A DNA stretch of 64,000 nucleotides from a virus (IMGVR_UViG_2513237368_000009), one strand, 5' to 3'. Positions 10,473 to 20,463 are shown, counted from the stretch's first letter. Notes: a model not told the origin generated them from the sequence alone. Program-made: numbers and translations.

Positions 10473-10504
10473 TGTTGACTAATTGCTCTCAATGTATTAA
10501 AATT

Positions 10505-10525
10505 TAATAGTAGTAAATTCGACAT
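10505..10525 (+). promoter_or_regulatory. conserved phage motif copy (TAATAGTAGTAAATTCGACAT), abuts SD
   Basis: 19/21 to consensus; followed directly by TAGGAGG and ATG 10538. Confidence 0.55.
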
Positions 10526-10537
10526 TAGGAGGAATAT

Positions 10538-11050
10538 ATGAATTTAAGGTATGGAATTATTTTAGATAATTTTAAGAAAGAAACAGGTATTCAAGATGCA
10601 CGTTGGGTATTAGGTTGGGAAGGGTTTTATATTATTACACTTGATGGACAAGTTTTCAAAAAGAACAAGTACAACGCTTTGTTCAAGAGGTTAGCCATTA
10701 GTGATAAGAATGACGAAAATGCAGTAGTTTCATTCAAACATCCTTTTAAGAAGAGTGGACAAACAACAAAGAAAGATCAAGTTATCTATGAGGCATTTAT
10801 TGAGAAACTAGATAAGGGTTGGAAAGTTGTTCGTGATAGTAGTAATTTTGACATAAATAGACTTAATCTTGTACATTCAAATAACTCAAAGACAATTGGT
10901 TATTACGTGGATAATGTTTGCAAGAAAACATGGAGTTCAATTAACAAGGCAGCGTTTGATTTAGGTATAGAAGAGAACATCATTAAGAATATGATAACAA
11001 AAAATGATTTCTACAAGAACTCACCGTTTGAATTAAGGATGGTGGTATAG
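10538..11050 (+). CDS. hypothetical protein
   Basis: ORF track with strong RBS. Confidence 0.45.
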   Translation: MNLRYGIILDNFKKETGIQDARWVLGWEGFYIITLDGQVFKKNKYNALFKRLAISDKNDENAVVSFKHPFKKSGQTTKKDQVIYEAFIEKLDKGWKVVRDSSNFDINRLNLVHSNNSKTIGYYVDNVCKKTWSSINKAAFDLGIEENIIKNMITKNDFYKNSPFELRMVV

Positions 11051-11051
11051 T

Positions 11052-11531
11052 TTGAAATATTTTGGCGATGACTTCTATGATGTATTGCGAGACCTTGATA
11101 GGACTGAAATGTGGGCTAATAGACTTCCTGATACAGATCCTCGAATTATATTCATTCAAGAATATGCCAAGAGACGTGAGGAAGAGGTTAGAGAATATCG
11201 TGAGAATAATTCAGATGCAAGGAAAATTATGGAATTACACTATCTCAAAGGTTGGACTATTAAAGAGCTTGCGAAAGAATATTGCAAGACAGAGTGGGCT
11301 ATTACAAACATAATTTCAAAAGCTAGAAGATTCTTTGCCTTAGATGTTAAGACTGGACAGCTCAATAGATTCAAGACTTTTGGTGAACTTGCCGATTTTC
11401 TAGATATAAGCATAAGGAATACTCGATATTATTCAAAAAATTGCGTTTTAATTAATGAACGCTGGAGAGTATTTAACCAAAGACAATGGTTGGTAGAGGG
11501 GGAAGAAATGTATGAGCATCTTAGGAAATGA
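11052..11531 (+). CDS. sigma-70 region-4-like HTH protein (candidate phage sigma/transcription factor)
   Basis: LHYLKGWTIKELAKEYCKTEWAITNIISKARRFF resembles sigma region 4 / ECF sigma HTH. Confidence 0.4.
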   Translation: MKYFGDDFYDVLRDLDRTEMWANRLPDTDPRIIFIQEYAKRREEEVREYRENNSDARKIMELHYLKGWTIKELAKEYCKTEWAITNIISKARRFFALDVKTGQLNRFKTFGELADFLDISIRNTRYYSKNCVLINERWRVFNQRQWLVEGEEMYEHLRK

Positions 11532-11802
11532 AGATTTAACTTTTAGAATTAAAAGAGATTTTGGAATGACGAAATTTCTCATTAAATGTCGTCCAAATTA
11601 TATGTTCAAGACCACACATGTTGGTGGAGATTCTTTTGAACAAATTAACACTAATAGTAATGTAGTTGTGAAAGAACAAGAGATTAACAAATTAATTGAA
11701 AACGGCAAGACGGTTGTTGTCTTATATGAAGCAGAGCTTAAAATGGACTGCTACAATTTTGAAGATGGAGTTGCGCTATTGAACATGGTGGTGTCTTGTT
11801 AA
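11512..11802 (+). CDS. hypothetical protein
   Basis: ORF track. Confidence 0.3.
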   Translation: MSILGNEDLTFRIKRDFGMTKFLIKCRPNYMFKTTHVGGDSFEQINTNSNVVVKEQEINKLIENGKTVVVLYEAELKMDCYNFEDGVALLNMVVSC

Positions 11803-14078
11803 TGGCAGATACAGAAAGTGTTAAAATCACAGGAAGGTTGAACAGAATTAAATTTGAGTCACAAGATAATGACTTCAAAATAATGGATATTGCGTGTGAA
11901 GACGGCCAGTTAAGGACTCTTAAAGGTGATGCGGATATACTGTTTAATACCGATTATGAGTTTACTTGTTCAATTGAGAATCACCCACGGTTCGGGAAGC
12001 AATATACTATCCAGTATATGAAACGTAAGAAACCGATTGACTCTCTTAGTCAAGAAGATTTTAAAGAGTTCCTAAACATTGCAGTAGGTGGAATTAAAAC
12101 AAAGGCTATTTATGAAACGTTGGAAGATCCTATCGCAGTTTTCAAGAATGGAGATATTGAAGCGTTAAAGACAATCAAAGGTATTGGCGATAGTTATGCT
12201 AATAAGTTGTTGGAGACATACGAATCCCAAAAAGATTACAGCGAAGGATATATTGAGTTTAGTAAGTGGGGTTTCACTCCTAAGTTCACAAGAAAGGTTA
12301 TTAAGAAAAAGGGTTCAGTTGAGTTAGCAATCAAAGCACTCAAAGAAAATCCATATAGCCTCATGGAATTATCGGGAGTTGGTTTTAAAACGATAGATAA
12401 CAAAGCCTTAGAGCATGGTATCAAACCTAACGATAAAAGACGTGTTAGAGCGTTCATTGAGAATTTCTTTAGTAATCTTGCTATGGACGGGAACTCATAT
12501 ATCAATTTGAATAAGTTTTTGCTTTATTTGAAGAATGAGATCTTTGAGTGTGACTTGAAATATATAACAAAATATTTAGCTGAAAGTGATAAATATGTTG
12601 TATATACTCATGAAAACGAACGAAGAATAAGTACCAAAATGACTTTTAATACATTACAAGGTATATCAAGAGAATTGTTGAGAATATTGCTATGCAAGAA
12701 ACACTTAAAAATTGAGGGTCAGGATAAGATTGTTAAAAAGACCGAGGAAGAACAAGGTTGGGAATATTCTGATGAACAGCGAAATGTTATTGATCAGATG
12801 ACGAAATATAACGTCTTTCTTCTACAAGGTTTAGCTGGTACTGGTAAAAGTTCTGTCGTTAATGGTTTCCTACAAATATTACAGCAGAATAATTATGAGT
12901 ATAAACAATGTGCATTGTCTGGTAAGGCTGCTCAAAATTTAGCTGGGATCACAGGTAAAATGGGAAGTACCATTCATTCATTGCTTGGATATACACAAGA
13001 AGGTTTCTTTTACAATGAAAACACGAAACTACCTACTCATGCCGTAATTTTAGATGAAATATCCATGGTTGATATAGATATCTTTTACGCATTGTTAAAG
13101 GCTATTCCTAGTGGAGCTAAGTTAGTTATGATTGGTGATAGCGGACAGTTGGATTCAATTGGTGTGGGTGTCATGGAAGAGATAATTAAGTCTAAGGCAA
13201 TTCCGACATTCACTTTGAAGAAGATTCATAGACAGGCGCAAGATTCCGCTATGATTACTCATTCAATAGCCTTTCGTAAAGGTAAATATCCATCAGAGTT
13301 ATCTACGAAACACAAGTATAAAGTTTATGGTTTTAAGAAAGATTTAGGATATACTTTTGTTCCTTCAAATGAGTCAAATATTCCGATTGAAACAATGAGG
13401 ATATATAAGACTTTGGTCAAGAAATTTGGTGTAGATGATACACAGATTATCACTCCGACAATCTCTTCTGGAACTACAAACTGTAACATGTTAAATGATA
13501 CGTGTCAGAAATTAGTCAACCCACCTAACCCCAATTTATTAGAGGTTGAATTAAATAGAGGTGGTGGAGAGAAGTTCATTATCAGAGAAAACGATCGGGT
13601 AATCAATACACGTAATAATCCTAGGACACAAGATGTTGACGGAAAGAGTTTGCCAATTTTCAATGGTAATACTGGAAGAGTTGAAGAGATTGTACTTAAT
13701 GCTGAGGGTCATTTAGATAAGATGACAGTTAATTTTGACGGTATTGGCAGAGTTATTATCGGGAGCAAGGATATAAAATACATTAATTTGTCTTATGCTA
13801 TGACAGTTCATAAGTCACAAGGTAGCACAATTAAATGTGTAATCGTATCTTTACCATTCCAATATATGTTAGATACACGAGAGCTGTTATATACAGCAAT
13901 CACTAGAGCATCTAATTTAGCCTATATCGTCACGTCACCTAAGACATTGAAGAGTACAGTTGGAAAATCAAGTAAGAAGTTACATGATAATGAACTAGGG
14001 GCATTAATTCGTTTACAAGCTATGAAAATTATAGAAAAGAACAAAAAGAAAGGAAGTAATAAGAATGAGGGTATTTAA
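11796..14078 (+). CDS. RecD-like SF1 ATP-dependent DNA helicase
   Basis: Walker A LQGLAGTGKSS, Walker B ILDEISM, C-terminal YAMTVHKSQGS motif typical of RecD/TraA-like helicases; N-terminal HhH-like region. Confidence 0.65.
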   Translation: MLMADTESVKITGRLNRIKFESQDNDFKIMDIACEDGQLRTLKGDADILFNTDYEFTCSIENHPRFGKQYTIQYMKRKKPIDSLSQEDFKEFLNIAVGGIKTKAIYETLEDPIAVFKNGDIEALKTIKGIGDSYANKLLETYESQKDYSEGYIEFSKWGFTPKFTRKVIKKKGSVELAIKALKENPYSLMELSGVGFKTIDNKALEHGIKPNDKRRVRAFIENFFSNLAMDGNSYINLNKFLLYLKNEIFECDLKYITKYLAESDKYVVYTHENERRISTKMTFNTLQGISRELLRILLCKKHLKIEGQDKIVKKTEEEQGWEYSDEQRNVIDQMTKYNVFLLQGLAGTGKSSVVNGFLQILQQNNYEYKQCALSGKAAQNLAGITGKMGSTIHSLLGYTQEGFFYNENTKLPTHAVILDEISMVDIDIFYALLKAIPSGAKLVMIGDSGQLDSIGVGVMEEIIKSKAIPTFTLKKIHRQAQDSAMITHSIAFRKGKYPSELSTKHKYKVYGFKKDLGYTFVPSNESNIPIETMRIYKTLVKKFGVDDTQIITPTISSGTTNCNMLNDTCQKLVNPPNPNLLEVELNRGGGEKFIIRENDRVINTRNNPRTQDVDGKSLPIFNGNTGRVEEIVLNAEGHLDKMTVNFDGIGRVIIGSKDIKYINLSYAMTVHKSQGSTIKCVIVSLPFQYMLDTRELLYTAITRASNLAYIVTSPKTLKSTVGKSSKKLHDNELGALIRLQAMKIIEKNKKKGSNKNEGI

Positions 14079-14490
14079 GATTAAGGGAGAAAAGGCACAT
14101 TTGGTCAGAGTTTATAAGGTAGGAGGAGTTAATTATGCCGATTTTGTAAAACTGTCAAATGGAGAACAGATCAGAGGTGTTAAGGTTGTTCGTGAGAAGA
14201 CTAAGAACGAAAAACCAGTAGAAAAAGAGCAAGCCAAGGTTGAAGAAGTAGTTCAAGAAGCCGTGGAAGAAGTTAAACCTAAAGAAGATGGATATGCTGA
14301 AGAAGAAGTTAAAGAGCCTAGTCAACAAATAGTAGTAACTAGCAAAGACTCACAAGCCACATTCAATTATCCGAGTGCAGAGTTCGATAAATTTGTAGAA
14401 GAGAATAAATTGAACCCTGTCATGGTTGATAATTGTATCGAGGGTAAGCAGAAGACACACAAGGGTTATGAATTTAAACTCAAAGATTAA
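14065..14490 (+). CDS. hypothetical protein (Lys/Glu-rich)
   Basis: ORF track. Confidence 0.4.
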   Translation: MRVFKIKGEKAHLVRVYKVGGVNYADFVKLSNGEQIRGVKVVREKTKNEKPVEKEQAKVEEVVQEAVEEVKPKEDGYAEEEVKEPSQQIVVTSKDSQATFNYPSAEFDKFVEENKLNPVMVDNCIEGKQKTHKGYEFKLKD

Positions 14491-14508
14491 TAATACACAT
14501 ATTGACAT
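14491..14508 (+). promoter_or_regulatory. degenerate copy of conserved motif (TAATACACATATTGACAT) with TTGACA-17-TATACT
   Basis: sigma70-like -35/-10 spacing seen. Confidence 0.5.
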
Positions 14509-14726
14509 TTTGGTCTAGTATTGATATACTATCATTGAGGAATTGGTTCGGGGAAATATCAATTTCGGAGAAGATAATATGGATATTAGGAAGTTAAAGA
14601 CTTGGGAGTTAATCGAGGCGTTAAACTATCTAATTAAGGTTGGTGTGCGTAAAGGTGCAACATATGAATACTACCTGAATGAATTAAATAGAAGATCAAG
14701 ATTACTCACAATTCTATATTGAAATA

Positions 14727-14752
14727 AAACCACATTTTAAATGTGGTTTTTG
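14727..14752 (+). terminator. rho-independent terminator AAACCACATTT..AAATGTGGTTT + T-run
   Basis: seen directly. Confidence 0.55.
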
Positions 14753-14773
14753 TATTAAGAAGGGAAGTTACAC

Positions 14774-15751
14774 ATGACAAAAGAAGGAATATATATCAAA
14801 ATGTTTTCACATAATGACTTAGACGGAGTAGCGTCTCCAGTTATTTTAAGACAATTGCTAACTATGAAAAGGGGTGACCTTACTTTCTACCCTCCGACAT
14901 TTTCATCTACTGGAAAAGAGGGAACGATTGATGACGACATTATAGTTTTCTTAAATAGTGACAAGGCAAAATTGACTGATGAAGTTTACATTATGGATTT
15001 GACACCGTCAGAAGAAGTGCTTAATTTGTTGGATCGAAAATCAGAGGAGTATGGATTCAAGTGGCAAGTATTTGACCATCATGCTACAGCAGTATGGAGT
15101 ATGGGAAAATATCCTAGCAATGTTCACAATTATCAAAACATGGGAGACCATGAGCATTCAGCAACCTCAATAACAACAGTATTTGTAGAGTATGCTACAC
15201 CGATTGAATTAATGAAGATTGAAAAATTCAGAAAAATTGGACAATTAGCAGAGGTTGTTAGACTGTATGATACTTGGGAATGGTTCAATAGTGCTAGTGA
15301 ATTAGCAATACAAGCTAAGAAATTGAATGACTTATTCTATCTTTACCCGCCTTCACAACGTTTCAATTTATTATCAATCGTAGCATCTGCTGGTGTTGAC
15401 GAGATATTGAATAAAAATAGGAATTTCATTTATGCAGTGGAAGAAAGAGAAGCAGAGTATATTGAAAGCAAAATCAAGAATAGTAATATTATAAGATTTG
15501 CTGAATACGACATCGCAGTAGTTTATGCTGAACAATATATCTCTAATCTTGGTAACGCAATGTGCAGAGAGTTAGATGTAGATTTCTCAATAGTGTTACA
15601 TGGAAGTAATGGCAGACAATTATCACTTAGAAGTGTCTTGAATATAGACGTATCAAAAGTTGCTAAAGAATACTTTAATGGTGGTGGACACGAACACGCT
15701 GCTGGAGGGAAAGCAACAGATGAGTTTATTAGGGCGGTGTATAGTTTATGA
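14774..15751 (+). CDS. DHH-family phosphoesterase (RecJ/NrnA-like)
   Basis: motifs FSHNDLDG, FDHH, C-terminal GGGHEHAAGG (DHHA1-like). Confidence 0.55.
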   Translation: MTKEGIYIKMFSHNDLDGVASPVILRQLLTMKRGDLTFYPPTFSSTGKEGTIDDDIIVFLNSDKAKLTDEVYIMDLTPSEEVLNLLDRKSEEYGFKWQVFDHHATAVWSMGKYPSNVHNYQNMGDHEHSATSITTVFVEYATPIELMKIEKFRKIGQLAEVVRLYDTWEWFNSASELAIQAKKLNDLFYLYPPSQRFNLLSIVASAGVDEILNKNRNFIYAVEEREAEYIESKIKNSNIIRFAEYDIAVVYAEQYISNLGNAMCRELDVDFSIVLHGSNGRQLSLRSVLNIDVSKVAKEYFNGGGHEHAAGGKATDEFIRAVYSL

Positions 15752-16164
15752 AAAATGAACTAAGAATAGAGGCGGAATATTTACCTATATCAGTGAATAA
15801 GTATTTAGCGCCTAGAATACAAACAGTCGGGAGAAAGAAGTTCCCTGTTATGTATGAAACAAAACTGTCAAAGGATTGGAAGACAATGTTCAGACTTGAC
15901 GCATTGAGAGCAATCAGAAAGCAAAAGTTTGATATGGAAGAGACAAAAGACGGATATTGGTATCTAGATTGTGGTTTCGTTCTGAAGAGAAAAAATCAAG
16001 ACTGCAATAATTTCTTTAAGATTATGATTGATGCGTTAATCGGCGTAGCGATCAAAGACGATAAGAACATAATGCCGAGAGTTCAATGGTTGAACAAAGA
16101 TACAAAACATCCAAAAACAGTTGTAAGGTTGCACAAGGCTGGAGAGTTTGATTACAAATTATAG
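15748..16164 (+). CDS. RusA-like Holliday junction resolvase (tentative)
   Basis: DCNNFFKIMIDALIGVAIKDDKNI resembles RusA D-x-D/N...K...DAL...DD core; size 138 aa. Confidence 0.35.
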   Translation: MKNELRIEAEYLPISVNKYLAPRIQTVGRKKFPVMYETKLSKDWKTMFRLDALRAIRKQKFDMEETKDGYWYLDCGFVLKRKNQDCNNFFKIMIDALIGVAIKDDKNIMPRVQWLNKDTKHPKTVVRLHKAGEFDYKL

Positions 16165-16306
16165 GAGGGCATTCATGCTAATATATATTTATTATGATAG
16201 ACGTGATGGTACAATTTTAGGGGCTTTTAAAGAGCCACAATCTCTTCTGGATATGGATAATGAAACGATGCTACATCAAGAGTATTTAAGATAAGGAGAG
16301 ATATTC

Positions 16307-16519
16307 ATGAATAAAGATATATATGAAATTGGTTACGGCCATGGAGAAGAAGACTATGGCAGAAGTATTGACGATTGTGACAAAGCTATTGCTCGACACA
16401 ATACTCTAAATGGCAGTCCTCTATCAGAAGATGAAGAAGATATTTTTTATGACGGATATTCTGATGCGCAAGACACTTGTAGAGCTGATGAAGATTATAT
16501 TAGAGGGAGTGGATTTTAA
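16307..16519 (+). CDS. hypothetical protein
   Basis: ORF track. Confidence 0.4.
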   Translation: MNKDIYEIGYGHGEEDYGRSIDDCDKAIARHNTLNGSPLSEDEEDIFYDGYSDAQDTCRADEDYIRGSGF

Positions 16520-16887
16520 TGACTAAAAGTGTTTTACATTATCCAGTATATGTAAATATGTATTTTGGTGGAGAATTAGATGTAGTAGATGATAAGTTAC
16601 CCACCTTTACTCAACGTACTAAAAGATATGGTAGCTTTAAAAATAGAGATGAATTATCAAAAAAGATATTATTCATAGTATGTGGAAGTAATCCTAAAGA
16701 TATTGATGAAGATGTTATGGTAGGACTTCAACAAGAATTAAATACTGATTTTGATTTGAATCAATGTGGGGATATTAGAATAACTCTTAAAAATATTAGA
16801 GACTTTAATAAGTATATAAGGAAATGCAATAAAAAAGGACTTACTGATTCTGAGATAGAAGGAGTAACAACTTACTTTCCTTATTGA
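16519..16887 (+). CDS. hypothetical protein
   Basis: ORF track. Confidence 0.4.
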   Translation: MTKSVLHYPVYVNMYFGGELDVVDDKLPTFTQRTKRYGSFKNRDELSKKILFIVCGSNPKDIDEDVMVGLQQELNTDFDLNQCGDIRITLKNIRDFNKYIRKCNKKGLTDSEIEGVTTYFPY

Positions 16888-16902
16888 GAGGAGGAAAAGA
16901 AT

Positions 16903-17082
16903 ATGAGTCAGAAGAGAGCTAGAAAATGGTACGATCAGTTAAAGGACACAAAGGTTCGTATGCGCAATGATGGTCATGAGATGTGGATTGAAAATAACAC
17001 TCTTGTCACTAGGAATATAGATAATGGCATTATTAGCAAGTATGATAAGTATGGATTTGTAATTGCAACAGAAATAATTTAA
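16903..17082 (+). CDS. small hypothetical protein (59 aa, not in ORF track)
   Basis: GAGGAGGAAAAG RBS then ATG 16903; stop TAA 17080. Confidence 0.4.
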   Translation: MSQKRARKWYDQLKDTKVRMRNDGHEMWIENNTLVTRNIDNGIISKYDKYGFVIATEII

Positions 17083-17100
17083 TAGTAGTAATATTGACAT
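17080..17100 (+). promoter_or_regulatory. conserved 21-bp motif, exact copy
   Basis: TAATAGTAGTAATATTGACAT then TTAGGAGG ATG. Confidence 0.6.
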
Positions 17101-17118
17101 TTAGGAGGTATAATAACA

Positions 17119-17268
17119 ATGTATTCATTTTTAATAATCTTAGGTATTTTGATATTTGCTTTAGTGGTCGAGTATTTAATCAAACCTATAATTTCTAAAC
17201 GTATGGGAGTTGATATGAAATGCAAGAACCAGATTGGTCGGCACTGGAGAGGTATAGAGAAAACTTAG
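17119..17268 (+). CDS. small membrane protein (49 aa, not in ORF track)
   Basis: AGGAGG RBS; hydrophobic MYSFLIILGILIFALVVEYLI. Confidence 0.35.
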   Translation: MYSFLIILGILIFALVVEYLIKPIISKRMGVDMKCKNQIGRHWRGIEKT

Positions 17269-17277
17269 AGATAGAAG

Positions 17278-17484
17278 ATGTTTTTGACACAAGAGAACCT
17301 TGGGAAATTGAGGAGGAGGAGGAAAATGAGGCGTACAAGAACAGTTTACGTTGTTTATGAGTCAGAATCTTTTGAGGGAATATCTAAAATTTTTGGAGTT
17401 TGCCAAGATATAGAATCTGCTGAACATTTATGTCATTGTGGTCATGGTTTTAGAGAATATGAAGAGGTAGCATACTTTGAATAA
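17278..17484 (+). CDS. hypothetical protein
   Basis: ORF track. Confidence 0.35.
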   Translation: MFLTQENLGKLRRRRKMRRTRTVYVVYESESFEGISKIFGVCQDIESAEHLCHCGHGFREYEEVAYFE

Positions 17485-17737
17485 GTTAAGAGGTTCTGAA
17501 ATGACTATTAAAGAAATTATCATGAAACTTGTGGGTCACATTAATTTTGTTGGTGAAACAGATTATGACAGCGCCAGTTGTGAAAATATTAAGACTCTGC
17601 TGAAAGTTATTGATGATTTAATGTCTGAGGTAAATAATGTCGAAGACACAGTCAAGGGACGTTGTGAATATTCAGCAAGACAAATCAATAATGAGATCAA
17701 GGACTTGAAAGAATTGTTAGGAGACTATATAGATTAG
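17477..17737 (+). CDS. hypothetical protein
   Basis: ORF track. Confidence 0.4.
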   Translation: MNKLRGSEMTIKEIIMKLVGHINFVGETDYDSASCENIKTLLKVIDDLMSEVNNVEDTVKGRCEYSARQINNEIKDLKELLGDYID

Positions 17738-17747
17738 GAGGATATAG

Positions 17748-18362
17748 TTGATGAAACACTATGAAATAGGCGATAAGGTAGTTGTCGAGATTAAAGGCAT
17801 GAGAGATATTGATTCAATCAGTAATGTAGCAAGTTATGCAATATTAAAAGATTACAATATGTTTGGCGATGATCTTGTTATTAGTGACGAGGCTATCTTA
17901 GGTAAAGTTGAAGATTTCACACCAAAACCAGAAAAAATCAGAATGACAGTCGAAGAAAAGAAAGAGTTTGATGATCTATGTAGTATCAAATCTCGCCTTG
18001 ATATTGGAGAAATAATGTCAACGATTATACCACGAAAATACGACACCTTAAATAAAAGGTTGTATTATCAAGAGCTTCAAAACGGCAATATTAAAAAACA
18101 AATTGAGTTTGTTAAAGCACTTGAGCACCCAGAATTGATTGAGGTAGAACATGAATTTAAAATTGGAAATTCAGTGATCGTAGACACGGACGATTTTAAA
18201 GCACTAGGAATTATCGTTGGTACGGGTGTATGTAAATGTTTTAAGGTATTATTCAAATCAGGACTTGTTTCGTCAGTATTTTATAAGAAGATGAAACTTG
18301 TAAAAGAGAATGCGATAGATTGGGAGGATCAGAATGGGGAACGTCAAAAAGAAGAAGCCTAG
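17748..18362 (+). CDS. hypothetical protein
   Basis: ORF track; RBS AGGAGG. Confidence 0.45.
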   Translation: MMKHYEIGDKVVVEIKGMRDIDSISNVASYAILKDYNMFGDDLVISDEAILGKVEDFTPKPEKIRMTVEEKKEFDDLCSIKSRLDIGEIMSTIIPRKYDTLNKRLYYQELQNGNIKKQIEFVKALEHPELIEVEHEFKIGNSVIVDTDDFKALGIIVGTGVCKCFKVLFKSGLVSSVFYKKMKLVKENAIDWEDQNGERQKEEA

Positions 18363-18738
18363 AGACTATAAGGTCGGGGACAAGTTGTATGTAGTCATAG
18401 AAGATATTGATTTCTTTGGGAAAGAAGATACAACGTACAGAGAAGAGGAAATATCTGTAACGAGAATAAACACCAGCTCAATATACGTAAAATTTGTTGG
18501 TCAATCACGTGAAGAGAAGTTTAAACTGCGTGGTTCATTCCCAATTTCAGATGGTGGTTCAATGCTTGGACTTACGGAATACCTCACTGACAATCCAGAT
18601 CTAGCCGATGAATGGAGCGAACAATACCAACATAACAAAGAAGTTAATTGGAAATTAGATGAACTATTTAAAAAAGTTAAAGAGTTATCAATTGAAGAAA
18701 AAGAAGACTTCTTAGCTAAGAATAAATTGGAGGATTAA
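18334..18738 (+). CDS. hypothetical protein
   Basis: ORF track. Confidence 0.4.
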   Translation: MGNVKKKKPRDYKVGDKLYVVIEDIDFFGKEDTTYREEEISVTRINTSSIYVKFVGQSREEKFKLRGSFPISDGGSMLGLTEYLTDNPDLADEWSEQYQHNKEVNWKLDELFKKVKELSIEEKEDFLAKNKLED

Positions 18739-18739
18739 A

Positions 18740-18958
18740 ATGGGAAAGACAAATTTATACATTTCATTGCTTAAATTGTCAATGGTTGTTTCAACTACTT
18801 TAGGAGTAGGAATATTGACATTTGTTGCGTTGACAATCTTGGGAATTACTTCAACGTATTTCCTTTTCTGGGCGTTTGTCGTAGTTGTTATTATGCTCAT
18901 TCTCGATATGTTGGCTACTGAAATAGTAATATATCTGTTTAATAAAGGAGATTCTTGA
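18740..18958 (+). CDS. small membrane protein (2 TM)
   Basis: hydrophobic segments. Confidence 0.4.
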   Translation: MGKTNLYISLLKLSMVVSTTLGVGILTFVALTILGITSTYFLFWAFVVVVIMLILDMLATEIVIYLFNKGDS

Positions 18959-19173
18959 ACGGGTGGTGAAGGTATGTGGCTATTATACAGAAAAGAATAT
19001 GAAGATTTTTACTTACTTGGTCTGTATGCAGATATGGGAAAAGCTATGAAAGAAAGAGATAGTTTGGCAGCAGAAGATCAATGCAACGATTATGTTGTCC
19101 AATTTGTCGAGTGTTGTGGGTAATAAAAGACGTGTTTTATTAATAAAAACAATCAAAAAATGGAGGAATTGGA

Positions 19174-19641
19174 ATGAGTAAAGTCGTAGATTTGAATGGA
19201 ACAAAGTTTGAGGTAGAAGACACAAAGATCAAAAAGGTAACAGAATATCGCATTGGAGATACAGTTAAGATTCTAGATAATCGTTACAGCAATCCAGAAA
19301 TATCAGACGGCATTATTGTAGATTTCCTCAACTTTAAGTCTCTTCCTACTGTTAGAATTGCACAGATTAGTAATAGTAATTTTTCAAGTAGCATTGACGT
19401 TTCCTTTATTTCAATTAATTCTAAAACAAAAGAGATCGAGATTATGCCAATTAGTCCAGATGAAATGAAGATTGACGTTACTCTAATGAATGAATTGTTT
19501 GATAGTAAGATTGCTACCAAGTTAAGAGAGTTGGACGAGTTGAAACATAAGAAGAACTTCTTTAATAAGTTCTTTGGACAGTCGGAAGAGGCGATTGATA
19601 AGATTGTCGAAGACGCATTTGAAACAGAGGAGGATAGGTAG
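19174..19641 (+). CDS. hypothetical protein
   Basis: ORF track; RBS GGAGGAA. Confidence 0.45.
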   Translation: MSKVVDLNGTKFEVEDTKIKKVTEYRIGDTVKILDNRYSNPEISDGIIVDFLNFKSLPTVRIAQISNSNFSSSIDVSFISINSKTKEIEIMPISPDEMKIDVTLMNELFDSKIATKLRELDELKHKKNFFNKFFGQSEEAIDKIVEDAFETEEDR

Positions 19642-19643
19642 TA

Positions 19644-20030
19644 ATGGACAACAAAATCAATACTAGAAATATGAATATCAACATTAACAGTGTGAGATAT
19701 AAGGTTTCTAGGACTAAAAAATTATGGGACGGAGGAGAACCTTGTTGGGGCGTGACGCTCTTTAAGGAAAACAAGATCAAGATAGACAATAGTTTATCTG
19801 CTCAAAAAATGGAACAAGTATTAGTTCACGAACTAGTTCATGCAACATTACATGAAGCTGGTCTTGAAAACTATTCTTGTGATGAAGAATTGGTTAATCC
19901 GCTTGGTAATGCACTTTACAGTTTAATCATGGAAAATCAACCGCTTTTCCGTACTATGATGGATAATTACAGGCGATATAGTGATAAGAGTTTAACAACA
20001 GTATCACAGATTGGTAAATATTTTAAATAG
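19644..20030 (+). CDS. small HExxH zinc-metallopeptidase-like protein
   Basis: VLVHELVHATLHEAGL contains HExxH...H. Confidence 0.35.
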   Translation: MDNKINTRNMNININSVRYKVSRTKKLWDGGEPCWGVTLFKENKIKIDNSLSAQKMEQVLVHELVHATLHEAGLENYSCDEELVNPLGNALYSLIMENQPLFRTMMDNYRRYSDKSLTTVSQIGKYFK

Positions 20031-20043
20031 AAAGAGGTAAAAA

Positions 20044-20463
20044 ATGGTAATTATATCATTGATCTTATTGGGAATACTAATTTATACCAACATTACTGGT
20101 ATATGTGGGTTATTCAGAAGTGAAGAAAAAATTAAGGGTAGATTGAAAGATTTGAATGATGACAACTACAAGTCCATGGACTGTATGGCTGGTTGTTTTG
20201 GAATGCTCATGTATATTCCAGCGTTATTAATTGCAATATTTTGTGTTGGAGACAACGTGAGCATTCTCTTATTGATAATCATTGTTGTAGGTGAGTTTAT
20301 TGAGGGCAATATTAGAATTAGTATCGTGAATCGAGTTGACAACAAGGACGGATATCTAAAATATTTGTTTAAAGAAAGATATAAGCTGCAATATATATTG
20401 TTTGAAATATATGAATTAATCGTATTTGTTTATGTATTCGTTGAGTTGTTCTTTAAATTATAG
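20044..20463 (+). CDS. membrane protein
   Basis: multiple hydrophobic helices. Confidence 0.4.
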   Translation: MVIISLILLGILIYTNITGICGLFRSEEKIKGRLKDLNDDNYKSMDCMAGCFGMLMYIPALLIAIFCVGDNVSILLLIIIVVGEFIEGNIRISIVNRVDNKDGYLKYLFKERYKLQYILFEIYELIVFVYVFVELFFKL

